Assembly (NCBI GenBank): GCA_973895155.1
Contig: OZ316895.1
Span: 11,699,819 to 11,763,818 of the forward strand
DNA from: Marsupella aquatica
Lineage: Eukaryota > Plantae > Marchantiophyta
Length of the DNA: 64,000 nucleotides
Reading direction: 5' to 3'
Shown here: one piece after another, positions 37,988 to 51,079 of the stretch
How the letters are laid out: every line of letters begins with the position of its first letter
How positions within the stretch are numbered: the stretch's first letter is position 1
The notes under the pieces: generated by a model
Database searches by the model: none
The model's input: the letters and a program-made list of their open reading frames with translations, nothing else
What the model was told of the DNA's origin: nothing
Translations under genes and position numbers: made by a program

Positions 37988-40872
37988 ATGGTGAGCTGCT
38001 TCAAAAGTAACGGGGCTTCCAACTCCACAGGAAATATTGCTCGCGTTAGCGGTTTCCGAGGAAGCTTTGGACGATGGCTGCAATGTTGGGTCGCCGTGCT
38101 GTGCAGCTTAACGTGTGTCTCTCTCATGGTGGCCTACTTCACCTATGTGGAGCCCTGCAATGTACTCGGAGACCATTATACCGGTTCCTCCTGCGGCACG
38201 CGTAAAATACTCATGCATCTCGACGAGCCGTTGGCGATATCGACACCGAGAATTTTCACAGACGATGAAATCGCATCTCGTGTGGTGGCCAGGGACGTTC
38301 TCTCGTTCCACAGTAACGTCCGCCCAGCTGGTATGCATGAATGCCATTTCTTGTAGAATGAATTGGAGTGACTATTTAGCGCGCAGGGAGAGCTGAATAA
38401 TTATTGTTATGGCAACCTTTTCAGACTACGACGTTCTGTGTGAAACAATTTGATTGGCCGGAACAGAGGACATCAACCTGTGCCCATATTTTAGCATTGG
38501 ATCATTTTACGAAGCCAAAAGTAGGAATGATACTCAAAGCTGCGTTCTACAACATATTCACTCTCATTATAAGTTCTCTTCCGTGTATCTAAAAACGAGT
38601 CAGTGGCAGGTTTTCTCCGTCTAGTCCACTAGTCCAGTAAACCATGCATGTGCACGATAACATGCTGCCGACATTGACATTCGGCCCCGCGTTCGTCAAT
38701 CACTCTGCAAGCTGGCAGCTGGGTTGATGATAAGAAAGTCTTGAATTCTTAAAGTATCGAACATTTGACTTCCTGGAGTCTGTACATGATGCATGCTGCA
38801 AAAACTGGTCCAATCATCGTCATTTGCTGTAGATTCCAGTACCTTAACAATCACTAAACAATTTACCTATACATTGTCTTGATACGAGAGTTCCATTTGT
38901 GCGACTCACAGGGTCGAAGATCGCATTCATGTTCATGACGCCGGGGCCTTTGCCGCTGGAACGTGTGTGGTTGGACTTCCTGGAGGGCCATGAGGGGCTG
39001 TACTCCGTATACGTGCATGCGTCGGACGGAAGCGATTACGAGACATTCGGTTGGCAGAGCGAGGTGTTCAAGAAAGGAGCCATTCCCAGCCGCAGGGTGT
39101 TTTGGGGCCGCATAGAGATGGTCGATGCAGAGAGACGGCTGCTTGCGCACGCCCTTGTTGACGAGGCCAACATGTTCTTTGTGCTGCTATCCGACTCTTG
39201 CATCCCTATTTTCGATTTCAACTACGTGTACAACTTCCTCATGGGCACCGACAAGAGCTACGTGGAGAGCTTTAATGATCCAGGTAAGTCATAAGGTCTC
39301 CCCAGCCCAATTGCTCACCTAACCTCCTATTGCAACCTACCGTCTACTTCAAGTTTTTCTTTGTTTTCGTGCTACTGTTCAGCTCCTGGATCCCTCTTCA
39401 GTCTCTGCACCGTCTTCAATTGGCTTCGTGGATGATCCGTCTTCTTCCTCTGCAATGTCCTCATCATCCGCTTCATGGAATACAAGCAGAGCTTTAAAAC
39501 AGTCGCACGTCCTCATCGTCGGCTTCATGGATTACAAGAGGAGCTTCAAAACAGTCGCGTGAACTGGATAACAGACTTGTTCAATGTGTCCCTAGTAAGA
39601 GTGGATACTAGACTGCGGCTCGAGTGTAGGACACATCAATTGAAGAGAACCGTTGGGTATCTGAAATTACGAGGCTTGCAAATGATCCAGGGTCACCAAT
39701 TAAAACCTTCATCCTCCCAGCTAGTCTCTAGAGTTCCATTAATATCGCAATGGCTTTGTAAGCGACTGTACAGCGCAGCAAAAGTTTTGGCTCCTTGCTT
39801 CATTTGCCGAATGAATGAATGAGTTTAAAGTGAGGAGGGACCCAACAGTCCCGGGACCAACTCGGGGAAACTCAGAGCTAGGAAATCTATAAAACGACAT
39901 CGCCATCAGAATGCACAACACTGGCTTTTATGTAATCGGCGTGTTTCACGTACAGGGTTGCGCATGGGCTCAAACGGGTTAGTCTCTCGCCAATTTTGAG
40001 TATTGTCTGGAGCGATGAAATGACATAACCTTGCTATATTTTATGCAGGAATGCATGGACAAGGGAGGTATCTGACGTACATGAAGCCCGAGATTCAGGA
40101 ATATGAGTGGAGGAAGGGCCCACAGTGGATCGCACTCCACCGAGCACATGCCATGCTCATTGTTCTTGACCGAGTCTACTACAAGAAGTTCAGAACATTT
40201 TGCAAGCCTGGAATCCAGAACTTCAATTGCGTTGCTGATGAGCACTACATCCCAACTTTCCTCCACATCATGGACCCCAACGGCATTGCGAACAGGTGCA
40301 CCTTCCTTCTGAGGATCTGTTGTACGGTCCACATTGTTTTTGGCACATGAGTTCTTCTAAAGTCTTCCTAATTTATTAGATTTATATGGCCAGGCTTGAA
40401 TTGGTCTGCACATTTGACGTTCTTCGAAATGAGTCTAGCTTCCAACCAAGTTTCAGTTTTCTTGCAAGACGAATGCAACCAACGATTTCCAGAGCAGGGA
40501 ACAGCAGGGCTGACAATTTAAAGGAAGAATCGTAATTTTGGTCAGTGACTGATAATCTGAAATTGATCACGGGCCGTCCTATTGAATGAATTGTGCAGGT
40601 CCCTCACATTTGCCGACTGGTCGCTAGGTGGTTGGCATCCACAAAGTTTTTCTCGGACGGACGTTACTCCAATTTTGCTGTCGGAGATCCAATCTGTTAC
40701 ATACTACGCCCATGTAACAAGCGAGGAGCCATCAAGAGTCATCCGGGAGCCTTGCATGTGGAACGATGAAGTCCACCCATGCTTCCTCTTTGCTCGAAAA
40801 TTCTTGCCGGATGCAGTTGACATCTTAAAGCAAATCCTCCCCTCCCTCACACGAACAGCAGATGATATTTAG
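37988..40872 (+). CDS. Core-2/I-branching beta-1,6-GlcNAc transferase-like (DUF266/GT14-like, BC10 family) glycosyltransferase
   Basis: Exons 37988-38330, 38912-39283, 40049-40295 and 40599-40872 join in frame. N-terminal TM anchor; motifs KIAFMFMTPGPLPLERVW, YSVYVHAS, WGRIEMVDAERRLLAHAL, FVLLSDSCIP, WRKGPQW, DEHYIPT, CFLFARKF. Confidence 0.95.
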
Positions 40873-43296
40873 GCTGCGCGTGTGCTGAAATCATGTCCAC
40901 AGGAGCCTTCATGATCGGATCAAATCCAAGTTTAGCCCAGTCCAATTGACCACTCCATGGCACTCGATCATAACTCCTGATCCAGAAGCAGCGTTGCAAA
41001 CATCTGTGGCTGTTCAACGACAATCATGTCAGCTCTTTTAAGGCATATAATTATGGAGATACAACTCTGGCAATGAAGTTTCATCATTGGGATTAGTATT
41101 TGACAGGCAATGATTATAGGTCAATACTGTAGATTCTTTTCAGCTCCTTAAAATCTGAGTAGTTAGTTCGCTTCTCGCTGTAGTTCAAATCTAAGGAAGC
41201 ATGAAGCGGAATGAAATTCTCATTAATGAACCATGTGCTTGAAGTACCAGAGATATATTGTCCCTTAATTATTTAAGAGGGACAGTTTATGGCGCTAGCT
41301 TTTGGGACCTAGCAAATTGCTTCTTCTTGATGTAACATATCGATTTCAACAGAGTCTCCATGGAAATACATAATTTTATGACTCTAAGCAGTCATTGCCC
41401 GTATCAATTGTCCAGAGCTGCACATTTGAAGTGACCATACATTTAGGTCCATAGGGCTTCGCTATCCTAGACTCCCACTATGGTAATTTGAAAGGTAAAA
41501 ATATTAAGTTTGCAAAGAGTGCATGTGGGAACCCAATGCTCCCCGAAGTCCTTATTGTACTATGATTAGGTTGTGGACCCCTGCTTTAATGCTTGGGACG
41601 AAACTAGTAGATGTTATATCAAAAAGGTTGTTGGAGCTCATTATAAAAGTCTGGCTCAAACACTACCTTTGTCTCACCATGTATGTAAACTAAGCATGCC
41701 TCCTTTGTGTATGATGGAGGCCTTGATGTCATTTGGTTGCATTTCAAGCCAAACATTTCTAACAACCAGCGAGATGAACTCATGATTTGGTGCGAGAAAT
41801 AATGGCGTGGATCACATTTTTGTGTTGGGCCACTGTTAATTAGCAGTTTGATGTTTATTAAACCAAACTTGCAACCCCAATTTTTCTCCCCCTCCTGCCC
41901 ATTGTAACCGTTCACCTATTTTTCTTCTTTTTGTCCCCTGTCCTATCTCACTCTTTTAATTTTTTGTTTAATTGCCTTCAATCTCTATTGGTCATCTGAT
42001 TATTTGCAGCCAGTTTCAATTTAGTTGCCCAGTATTGTGTAGCATCAGTTGTCTAGGCTTGAACAATATATATTTGCCTTATCTAAATTTCTGTGACTGC
42101 AAAGTCTAATGTTGTTCCCAAGCCCTTCATGAAAGTGACACCTTCTTCAATTCCATCCACAACAGAGAAGTCCCTATTTCTTCAAGTGTAAACTTTTATG
42201 CAGTCTATGGAGGTCGATAGGGACAGCATCTGAGCTTTGATTTTGTGTAAGGTAACCAATGGTCCCAATTGGGTTGTGGGATGTAATTCCTGAGTGAAGT
42301 GAGTCCAAGGGGGTTACAACTATGACCCGGAGTGGCTACTGATTAACAAGCATAAGCCCAGAGTGTAATTTCATTTTGACCTGAAAATTGGATAACCCTC
42401 CAGCTGGGCCAAGGAGTCCTAGATCTCATATCCCCAGGCCAGGTTGGTAGGGGGCAATGCCTAGAAATACAAAGAATAACACACACACACACACACAGAG
42501 AATTTTTGCTTCAGAAACCTCACATTTTTGTGCTGGTTTCAAAGTATTTTTTTGAAATCAATTGACTTTGGGTAGGGAATTAACCTGAGGTCCCAAGTTC
42601 AATCTCCTCTCCACACCCATTCAATCCCCCCTCCATGTGGAAGGTATATGTGTGTGGGTAGGATGGGTTTCGTGTGTAGTAGATGAGACTTTTGATTGTC
42701 TCCTTGGCCCCTTATTGTCCACTTGGCCCTGATTTACTCCTCTGTGGACTGTGGGGTCACCCTGAAACAAATTCCGTAAATGTCACTACGAGGGTTATTC
42801 TTCATTTCGGTTCAATAAAAGAAAATAATTTTAATTTTTTTGATTAGTTATGTTTTGCACTGGGCGCCAAAGCTTTTTTTTATTATTTATATATGTCCCG
42901 GGGTGCCAAACCTGACGACGACTACGGTAGCACTCCCTTCGAATATCGCAGCGCGGAAGTTATGAGTGTGGTCGCGCTGAAGGATGCGAGAGAGGCAGAG
43001 AGCGCTGCCTGCGAGGCGAAGAGAGAAAGCCTTCATTCTTCTGGTCGTCCTCGAGGAGATGTGCCCTTCCGCGCTCCAGCCACTTCCTTTTCCTTTTCCT
43101 ACTTCTCCTTCTGCCTCGGAGTTCTGCGGGATTGCGTGAGCGGGAAGAACTGCACACAGATTCACGAAGCGAGGCGAGGCGAGGCGAAGAAGAGGTGACG
43201 ACGAGGCTGACGAAGAGGCGAAGAAGAGGCGAAGAAGAGGACCAACTTTTTGGTGAGTTCCTGCTTTCTCATCATCAGGTCCTGGCGAGGAACGGA

Positions 43297-45330
43297 ATGG
43301 CGGGTCGAAGAGCACACTATGTTCGGGATGCGCGGAGGTCGATCAGTTCCGCCAGCGATGATGAAGAGCCCGATGAGGAACAACAGAGCGAAGAGGATCG
43401 AGGTGGAGGAGGAGGCGTTAGACTGCCGACATTGCGTTCTATGATAGTGAGGGTGAATTCCAACGACGAGACGGATGACAGAGGTGACGATGATGATGAT
43501 GATGATGGTGGTCGAGAGGCCCCCCCTCCACTGCGTCGAGACGAAGGGGAGGAGAGAAACAAAAGAACGTTGTCGCATGGCAACAGCAGGAGCGAGGACA
43601 ATTGGCGGAGAGGGGAGAGCGAGCATAATTCCGGTCCGGCATATGGTTTGGCAATGTCGCAGAGGAATGTGAAAGGATCCGAGGCAGATGAGGGTAGAGG
43701 AAATTTTAGGTCAAGAGGTGGGGAGAGGGACGGGGAGAGTTGGAGGGGCAGAGACAGGGATGGTAGACATGATTTAAGCCAACCTGCGGACAAGGATGGA
43801 ATAGGAGGACGAGGACGAGGGGGACTTCCAGGGGCAAGGTTTAGGGATTTGGATCAAGATCATCGTGATAGAGCTGTTCAACAGCGGGACTACCATTCAC
43901 GAAGCCCCCCTCGCCGGCAGCAGCACTCCCGGAGCCCTCCGTTGAGGGACCGTCGTAGAAATGTAGACGAAGGCAAAGACAGCCTCCGGAGAAGAGATGG
44001 AAAGAAACGGGATATAGATAGGTCGCCCGATGAGGACGAGGAGCAGCGTGGGGGCAGGTACGACGATGCCGACGCTGACAAGTACGAGAATGATGTGAGA
44101 GGGAAAGCAAAGGATCATCGGGAGGGATTTCGGCGTGACCGAGACGGTGGTGGCCGTGGGCACCCTGCGGATTATAGCTCGCATAGAGATCGAGACGTAT
44201 CACCGAGCTCTGGAGACCGGAGAGACACAGGGGGAGGGTCTAGGTCGCCATTGGCTGTGGGCAGGAGCAACAGTGGCGGCAGGAACGGGGTCGGTTGGGG
44301 AAGAGGTAGGGAAAGAGACGACGGGCGAAATGGGCGAGATGACTGGAGAGGGGGCAGGAGAGAAGCTGATCGCGGAAGAGATGGAGGAGGAAGGGAGGCA
44401 GCAGGGGAAACTCTCGTGCCAGAGCTTTACAGCATACACAGAGCTACGGTACATTCAATTCGTCCATTCGGCATCTTTGTAAGAATGGATGGCTACCGAA
44501 ACCATGGGATGGTACATCTTACTCAGATTAGCAAACATGAAGTCACCGATAGGAAGGATTCGGATGAGGAAAAGGTGAAGGCCATATCTTCTGTGGTAGG
44601 AGAGGGAGAGCAAGTATGGGTGAAGGTGATTTCTGTGCAGCACGAGGAGGAGGGTGGGAAAGTGAAAGTGGGTTGCTCTCTAAAGTTGGTGTCTCAGGGT
44701 GACGGAAAAGATTTGGATCCCAATAATTTGCAGTTAGAAAAGCAGCAGTCGAGGGCTCCGTGGCAAGGCCCCAAAAAGCTCGAATTGGACGCAGTTTATA
44801 ATGTGTCTTGCACTCGCTGCGGAGGCCATGGTCACTTAAAGAAGGAATGCTATTCAACAGGTGAGAGAACTTATGAGCTGTTGGAGGATGCTGAGACTGA
44901 TGAAGATGATGATGCTGGCGGCACCAAAGCTGCTTCTGCAAGTGTCGTGTCTAAAAAATTGATGCCGGCTGTTGGGCCATCCTCTAAGCCGCCCGTTGGT
45001 CCCGCTGGAAGAGGACGCGCTATGGTTCAGCCGGCCTGGATGACACATGGTGTAGGCGTGGGCGGTGATCAAGAGAATGTTTTGGGCAGTCACAGCAGCA
45101 AGGGTATGTCTAAGTTGCCAGAGAAGGTGACTTCATTGGAAGATGCATTAGCTGTAATTGAAATGGCGAAAGAGGAGAAGCGCAAGAGGAGATTAGAAAG
45201 GAGGCTTCGCAAGCATGGAAAGGGAGACAAGAAACATAGGAGCAAAGAGGGCAGAAAAGAAAAAAGTAAGAAAAGACACCGAAATGAAGATGACCACCAT
45301 CTCAGGAGTAGAAAGAAGCGCAGGCTGTAA
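43297..45330 (+). CDS. S1-domain + CCHC zinc-knuckle RNA-binding protein (ZCCHC17/pNO40-like) with long R/D/G-rich N-terminus; single exon
   Basis: First ATG of the long ORF at 43297. S1 domain PELYSIHRATVHSIRPFGIFV..HGMVHLTQIS..VWVKVIS..SLKLVSQGDGKDLDPNN, knuckle CTRCGGHGHLKKEC, K/R-rich C-terminal tail. Confidence 0.88.
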   Translation: MAGRRAHYVRDARRSISSASDDEEPDEEQQSEEDRGGGGGVRLPTLRSMIVRVNSNDETDDRGDDDDDDDGGREAPPPLRRDEGEERNKRTLSHGNSRSEDNWRRGESEHNSGPAYGLAMSQRNVKGSEADEGRGNFRSRGGERDGESWRGRDRDGRHDLSQPADKDGIGGRGRGGLPGARFRDLDQDHRDRAVQQRDYHSRSPPRRQQHSRSPPLRDRRRNVDEGKDSLRRRDGKKRDIDRSPDEDEEQRGGRYDDADADKYENDVRGKAKDHREGFRRDRDGGGRGHPADYSSHRDRDVSPSSGDRRDTGGGSRSPLAVGRSNSGGRNGVGWGRGRERDDGRNGRDDWRGGRREADRGRDGGGREAAGETLVPELYSIHRATVHSIRPFGIFVRMDGYRNHGMVHLTQISKHEVTDRKDSDEEKVKAISSVVGEGEQVWVKVISVQHEEEGGKVKVGCSLKLVSQGDGKDLDPNNLQLEKQQSRAPWQGPKKLELDAVYNVSCTRCGGHGHLKKECYSTGERTYELLEDAETDEDDDAGGTKAASASVVSKKLMPAVGPSSKPPVGPAGRGRAMVQPAWMTHGVGVGGDQENVLGSHSSKGMSKLPEKVTSLEDALAVIEMAKEEKRKRRLERRLRKHGKGDKKHRSKEGRKEKSKKRHRNEDDHHLRSRKKRRL

Positions 45331-45838
45331 TTAGACCAGGAATCCTCGCCAGTAATGTGGATACCACAGGCCCTCTCGTGTCTGTTCCTGCTCAAGTTAA
45401 GTGATATGCAGATTTAAAGGAGGGAAGCTTAGGGCCAGGAAGCCGAAGGCCAACCAGAGCCTGAGTTGTGAAGTCATAGGCACACAAACAACCTGCCGGT
45501 ATGTTGGCTGGCAGTTTTGCAATTCTTGACCGAAAGATTTTTATGTCATTATTATGGCTATCACCAGGAGATGGGCCCATGCAATCGATCTACGTCGTCA
45601 TTCTGAACACATCATATACACAATTTTGCAAAATTGAAGTATACTAATTCCCCGCCATATCACTGATGGAATCAGTAGGAGGGCCAGATACGATTTGGCA
45701 GTCGTCGGGTGGCAATAACTTCTGTACAGCTTTTGGAAGGGGAAGTCTAGACAACGCGTCTTCTGAACATCTTTGAAAATCTACTGTAGGTAGTGCTGTT
45801 ACAGTGTCCGAGGGTCAAAAGCTTTCTGTATAGCATCC

Positions 45839-48527
45839 TTACGCGGCAGGAGCCAGGATATGCCCTGGAAGTCGTGGAGTGACGATAGCTTCTAAAGGAT
45901 TCTGTCTATGATTCACTAATCCAAGGCCTTCAGACATGTCGAAGGTTTCTGGAGTTTGCCCCGACGGAAAGCTCCAATCGCAGCATTGAATCAAAACAGC
46001 AAGGATGTAGTGCACGAACAAGACACCGAAGTTGATTCCCGGGCATTTCCTTCTGCCAGAACCGAACGGCAGAAGTTCGAAATCTTCTCCTATGACGTCG
46101 ATGGGATTTCCCAAAAACCTGTCTGGGTTGAACTCTAGGGGATTTTTCCACACGTTAGGGTCGCTCCTTATGGCCCAAGCATTCACAATAGCCTGCGTCC
46201 CTGCCGGGAGGTAATAACCTCCAATTTCGCAAGCTTCCGAGGCTATACGAGGGACGAGAACTGGGGTCACAGGGTGCAGCCGGAACGCCTCTTTGACTAC
46301 AGCCTGAAGGTAAACCAATTTGGAGACGTCTTCGTCCTCCACGAGTCTTTCTCGCCCTACCGTCCTGTCCAGCTCGTCCTGAAGTTGTTTCAATACTTTG
46401 GGATGCCTAAGTATCTCGGCTAATGCCCACTCGATAGCGTTCGCTGGACTACCGCCTAAGATGGAATCCTGCACACACCCATACAAAGGGAGCAGATTAA
46501 GAATTTGTTTTCCAGCAATGAGAACAGGAAGAATTATCTGAGCGGATTATAGCTCACGCCAACTAGGGGAAAGTCCTGGAGTAAATCTTAGGATACATTC
46601 AGAGCTGTGGGATTTGATTTCCCCTTTTGTCTTTCAGTAGAAAGCATTGAATAGAGTTCTGAACGCCCTTGTAATTGAGAAGGGTTTTGCGGATTTACCG
46701 GCACAGATTGTAATTGAATTATCTTTTCAACTAATCTAGACCTTCTTGATTGACCAACAGTATGATTCTCATGATAAGTGATCCGATTTGCAATTCGTTT
46801 TCTACATCCGCTGCGCATGTCGTGACACACTGTAGGCATGCGACAGCTACATTCACACGAAACATTTGGGATCTGCCAAGGTCAAGAGGTAACACAATAT
46901 GGGAGTGTCGTGGTGGAAAGGTTAAGAGCACTGTCTTCGCTCGATGTGGTGTTACCGCACTGTGATGAGCGGATCTGGAGGGCCGTCGTTGCAATGGTTT
47001 TTGTGGGTCATGAACGGATATCACATGCACAGTCTCATAGTCATTCCGGCACACGTAAAAATTGTTATCTGGGCATCTGATATCCATTTATGATCCACAT
47101 CAACGAGCCAGTTTCATTCATGCCCAACAATTGAAGCACACGTAAAACTTGGTGGGAGCTCACTGAACGACCACAATAACATTTCAGCAACCACGATAAG
47201 TCGTTAGTCAGCCCACGCGAAGAGCGTCTATCAGAGTATATACCTGGGCCCGATCATTATATTTCCTCCACTTTGGGCCTGTTTGGGCAATTCTAGGTCT
47301 ATGGGTTTGGTACGAGGATGGCATGCATGCTACATGCTGTGGTGAAAGTAGCCGATGTCTGTTGAGAGTGAGGTCAAAGAGGGTGTGAACAGATTAACAC
47401 GACCATGTGCAGTGGAAGGGATCAAAATCATTAAGGTTCTTACCTGTAAAATTCCTTTAATCCTGACGTCGGTGATTTCAACATCGTTATGTTCGACAGA
47501 CCGCGTAAGAAGCACGTCCAAAAAGTCCCCCTTCTCTAGCAATTCCTTATCTCCATTCTGTCTCTCCTCTGCAAGCTGCTGCTTACGTTCGTCGACCACG
47601 CTCTGCAAGAAGTCGTCGAGTAATGCATGCGCCTCTCTCCCCAATGCTTGAAGAGTGGAATGTAATCACCCAAGTGGAAGACACCCAGTAAAGCCAGACA
47701 ATATCTTACGCTTTGTTGGAACTTCTTGGAATCCTCCGCGCTCGCATGTGTCCCAAAGAAGCTTTTGCTCATGAGCGTACGAGTCACGATATTCGTCATA
47801 TGTTCTTTCACTTTGGTGCGGATGGAGACGGCCTTTTCGCCATTGGACTCCTGCAGTAAAGTCCTGACCGCTTCCTTCATCTCCTCCACCCTCACTGGCT
47901 GTACCCCACACAATTCAATTGATTACATGTGCGAGTCTACGGACGAGGAGACCCAGCGTCGTGTCAACTCATGAATCATCCATTCTACAAACTAGGAGAG
48001 CATCTACAGTAGTGGATATGACGAGTACGAGAGCAAGAGTTCTCTCTGAGCTAGATACCTGAAAGCCTTTGATGCGTTTAGCCGTCAGAAGCTCCACAAC
48101 AAACAATTTGCGAAGATTGCGCCACGCCGGCCCATGAGGGCTAAACGTAAGGGTCTGGCTATTGTAGCCGAGTTCCTTAAATGCAGTACTAAAAGGCCTC
48201 GATGCCCAATTCAAGGTTTCAAGTCCTGAACCTTCAGGATCTGTCTGGCGGTATCGATGGAGTTCGTCACAACAAAGTGGACTGAGCCTAGCCACAAGTG
48301 AATCAATGGGCTTCCATACTTCGTCGACAAGTTGCCGAAGGTCTCGTGAGACAACTGACTCATGTCGCCCAAATTCCCAATGATGGGCCGCGGCTTGGGA
48401 CCGGAGGTAATCTCTTCAATTCGTTGTTTCTGCGGTTTCTCAGGATCACCAATGCCAGCAGCACCACCACAGCCCCAACGGCGAATGTGGTCCCCAAGAG
48501 CTTCCGCATCGAGTCCTGCTGCTCCAT
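45839..48527 (-). pseudogene. Cytochrome P450 (CYP71 clan, A-type) pseudogene, 3 exons
   Basis: Exons 48059-48527, 47444-47898 and 45839-46468. TM anchor, LPP(G)PKPRPIIGNL, WRNLRK, EAFR (ExxR), PDRF, FGSGRRKCPG. Frameshifts at ~48403, ~48215 and ~47640; I-helix reads GGSPANAIEW, lacking the D/E-T pair. Confidence 0.9.
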
Positions 48528-49950
48528 CGCTGGAAATGCAGAAAAATTTGCAGATCTCGTAGACCGTCTTTACTCCGTGCTTGCTCTCCGCCTCCGACAC
48601 AGTACAGGCAGAAGAATGAGACTTGCCTAATGGCTTGGGTAGACCGAGCTCATTTGATGGCGTCCGACGGTAGCACTTCAGGCCCTCGAATTCGTCACCT
48701 CTGGAACGAGTTCACTGGTCTCGCAACAGCACTTTTTTAATTTGTGGTCTCCTGAAGTGAAGAGGTTCGAAAACTCTAACGAGATTCTATACCGAGGACT
48801 TCTCTACCATTGATGAAATGTTGAAGTTGTTTTCCTGTGTGGACGATGCGTTCACGGTCACCACAATCAAGGCAAGCAAAACCTAATACACTTTTCCTTC
48901 GAAGAACTTTCCGAGCTTTTGACGAATTGGTTCTCTTGCTCGCATGAACAACTGGATTGCGACAGCGGAGGTAAGGCATGTGAAAATTGTATTGAGACAT
49001 GCTGAATTGAACGCTCGGGTACTAATTCAAGAACTTAAGCTCAACAACTAGCCTGGTAACGTCTAGGTAAGGTAAACTGAGGACCGATTTCTGGGCTCGT
49101 TAATCGAACTCGATGAACAACACAAGCATGAACAGGGGCTCGAGAAGAATGATAAGCACATATACATTCAGCACAGTGAGTGAACAGGTGGTTCATCTTG
49201 CAATAACTGTGAGAAACTGGGCATGAATCGAACTCAAGTGCTTCCAAAATGTTTTAAAACGCAAAATAGAGAGACGAAAACCATTTTGAGAATAGATTCC
49301 AGCCAAATAATGCATTATCTTAATTTCAAATCACGTGCTGTGTGTTTCACCTCGGACTGCGGATTCTTCTAGACAATTTGTCTCACGAATTTGGCGCTAG
49401 CACTCCTCCCAAATACAGACTTTCCGACAGGATCCCGAGTTCTAATCTGGGAGATCCCAAGACTGTATCAGAGGCTCGGAGCGTCTTCTAAGCGAACAGA
49501 GAAGGACTTTGTACAATGATTGAAGCTTCATCTACGACAGAGGAATGCAGTACACCATTCAATCTGAACTTATCTGATGAGGTGAGAAACAGTGAAGAAA
49601 CAGATTGAACGCTTGGAGAGGGTGCCCACGAAAAAAACCCCAGGCTTCGGTGGACACCAGCGTCACACATGACACGGTGCACGAGCAAGCTCATAAATTT
49701 TGCGATCTTGGGTCCCGGTCTTGCACATCAAAAGCAGCTGTACTATCTACTATATGCACATCAGAAAGCAGCTTTTGCCCCACCGCACAAACTACATTCC
49801 ATATCCACTGCACAGAGTCTATTGAACTTCTCCCACTTGTTTATAAATTGGACTGGACTAAAGTGGACGGAACGAGGTGTAGATAATAATATTGGGTGCA
49901 AGACAAAGCAGGAAATTATTCAGCTCTTCAATTGTCCGTTACTCTGACCT

Positions 49951-50228
49951 GTTTTTTTTTTTTTTTCGGGAATACCCAGCGGGCCAGCAACTTTATTCCA
50001 GAAGGAGAAGACCACAATACCCGCCTGAAAGGTGGAGACAGGGAAGGGGGAAACAAAAAATAAGGGTGACTAGAAGGAGGAGCACACCCAAAGGTATAGG
50101 TTCTCTCGGTCCACTACCTTTAGCTCCGTTTCGGTTACCTAGATCGTCTCTCTCCAGTCCCCCCCTCCAATCATTCTCTGATGTGCCCCCTCTCTTTGGC
50201 CATCTGGTTGGGTGTGGCTGATTTTTGT
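49951..50228 (-). mobile_element. Short 5'-truncated non-LTR retro-insertion with poly(A) tail
   Basis: T15 at 49952-49966, minus-strand AATAAA at 49992-49997, flanking direct repeat TCTGACCT at 49943-49950 and 50229-50236. Confidence 0.6.
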
Positions 50229-51079
50229 TCTGACCTTTAATGTTGCCAGAAGAATATCTTATGTTTGTCACCATGTAAGAAATAATGATGCAAGATCGAG
50301 CAAGACCACCAGAAGAAGGAAGTAAGTCTATATAATTAAAGAGGGTTAGGGCATCCCCACTGGTCGTGCCATTTGGGGGCCTGTATTGGGGTTGTTTTCA
50401 AGGCCTGGAGACGGCTGGGCCGTCGGTCCACCATTCACTATGGAGGTGTCCCCCACCCGACCACTATAAACTGGGCAGGAAAACAAGCCCAGTTCTAACT
50501 ATCGGGTCAGTTTGGTCCAAACTGACCCGATAGTTTGACCCGTGATAGACCGATGTCTATCACGACAGAGTTAAATCGGTCTATCCTCACGGTTTTTGTT
50601 GGCATCTCTTGTAGGACATATGCTTTCCTTGCTCATAGTGCTTTTTACTGCCACGGTTTACGCAGTCAATGTAAGGATTCATGGATGTCCATTGCTGTTT
50701 CCCTCTTTTCGTTCATTCCTTTCCATTCCAATTGGGTGGCTGGCGGACGACCGTCTATTCCAATTCAATGGATGAGACATTGACATGTTTGCGTATATGC
50801 AATCAAACGTAGAAATTGATCGATTGACTTCCATCATTGGATCCCTCTTCTCGTGCTGTCCATTCCAAAGATCTTCCGGTCCAATGCGATGGACAAAATA
50901 TAGACATTTGCGCGCATCTCTCTACCGTCATGGTTCACACGTCCTTTACAGGGACTTGATTTATGGATGACTGTGTTTCTCTTCTTTCTCTTTCAATTCC
51001 TATTCGGTGAGGATTTCTTTGTGAAACTATCTTGACGTTCCCTTGTCCGAACTCCCCGACATTCCCCAAAGCAAGAATG

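Noticed and set aside
42570-42625. tRNA/SINE B-box-like GAGGTCCCAAGTTCAATCTCC
   Set aside because: No cloverleaf, clear A-box, tail or TSD; too weak to call.
42893-43198. 101-aa ORF upstream of the S1/knuckle gene
   Set aside because: No recognisable homology; it likely spans the promoter/5' UTR. The GTGAG..CAG at 43253-43278 is too short to be an intron joining it.
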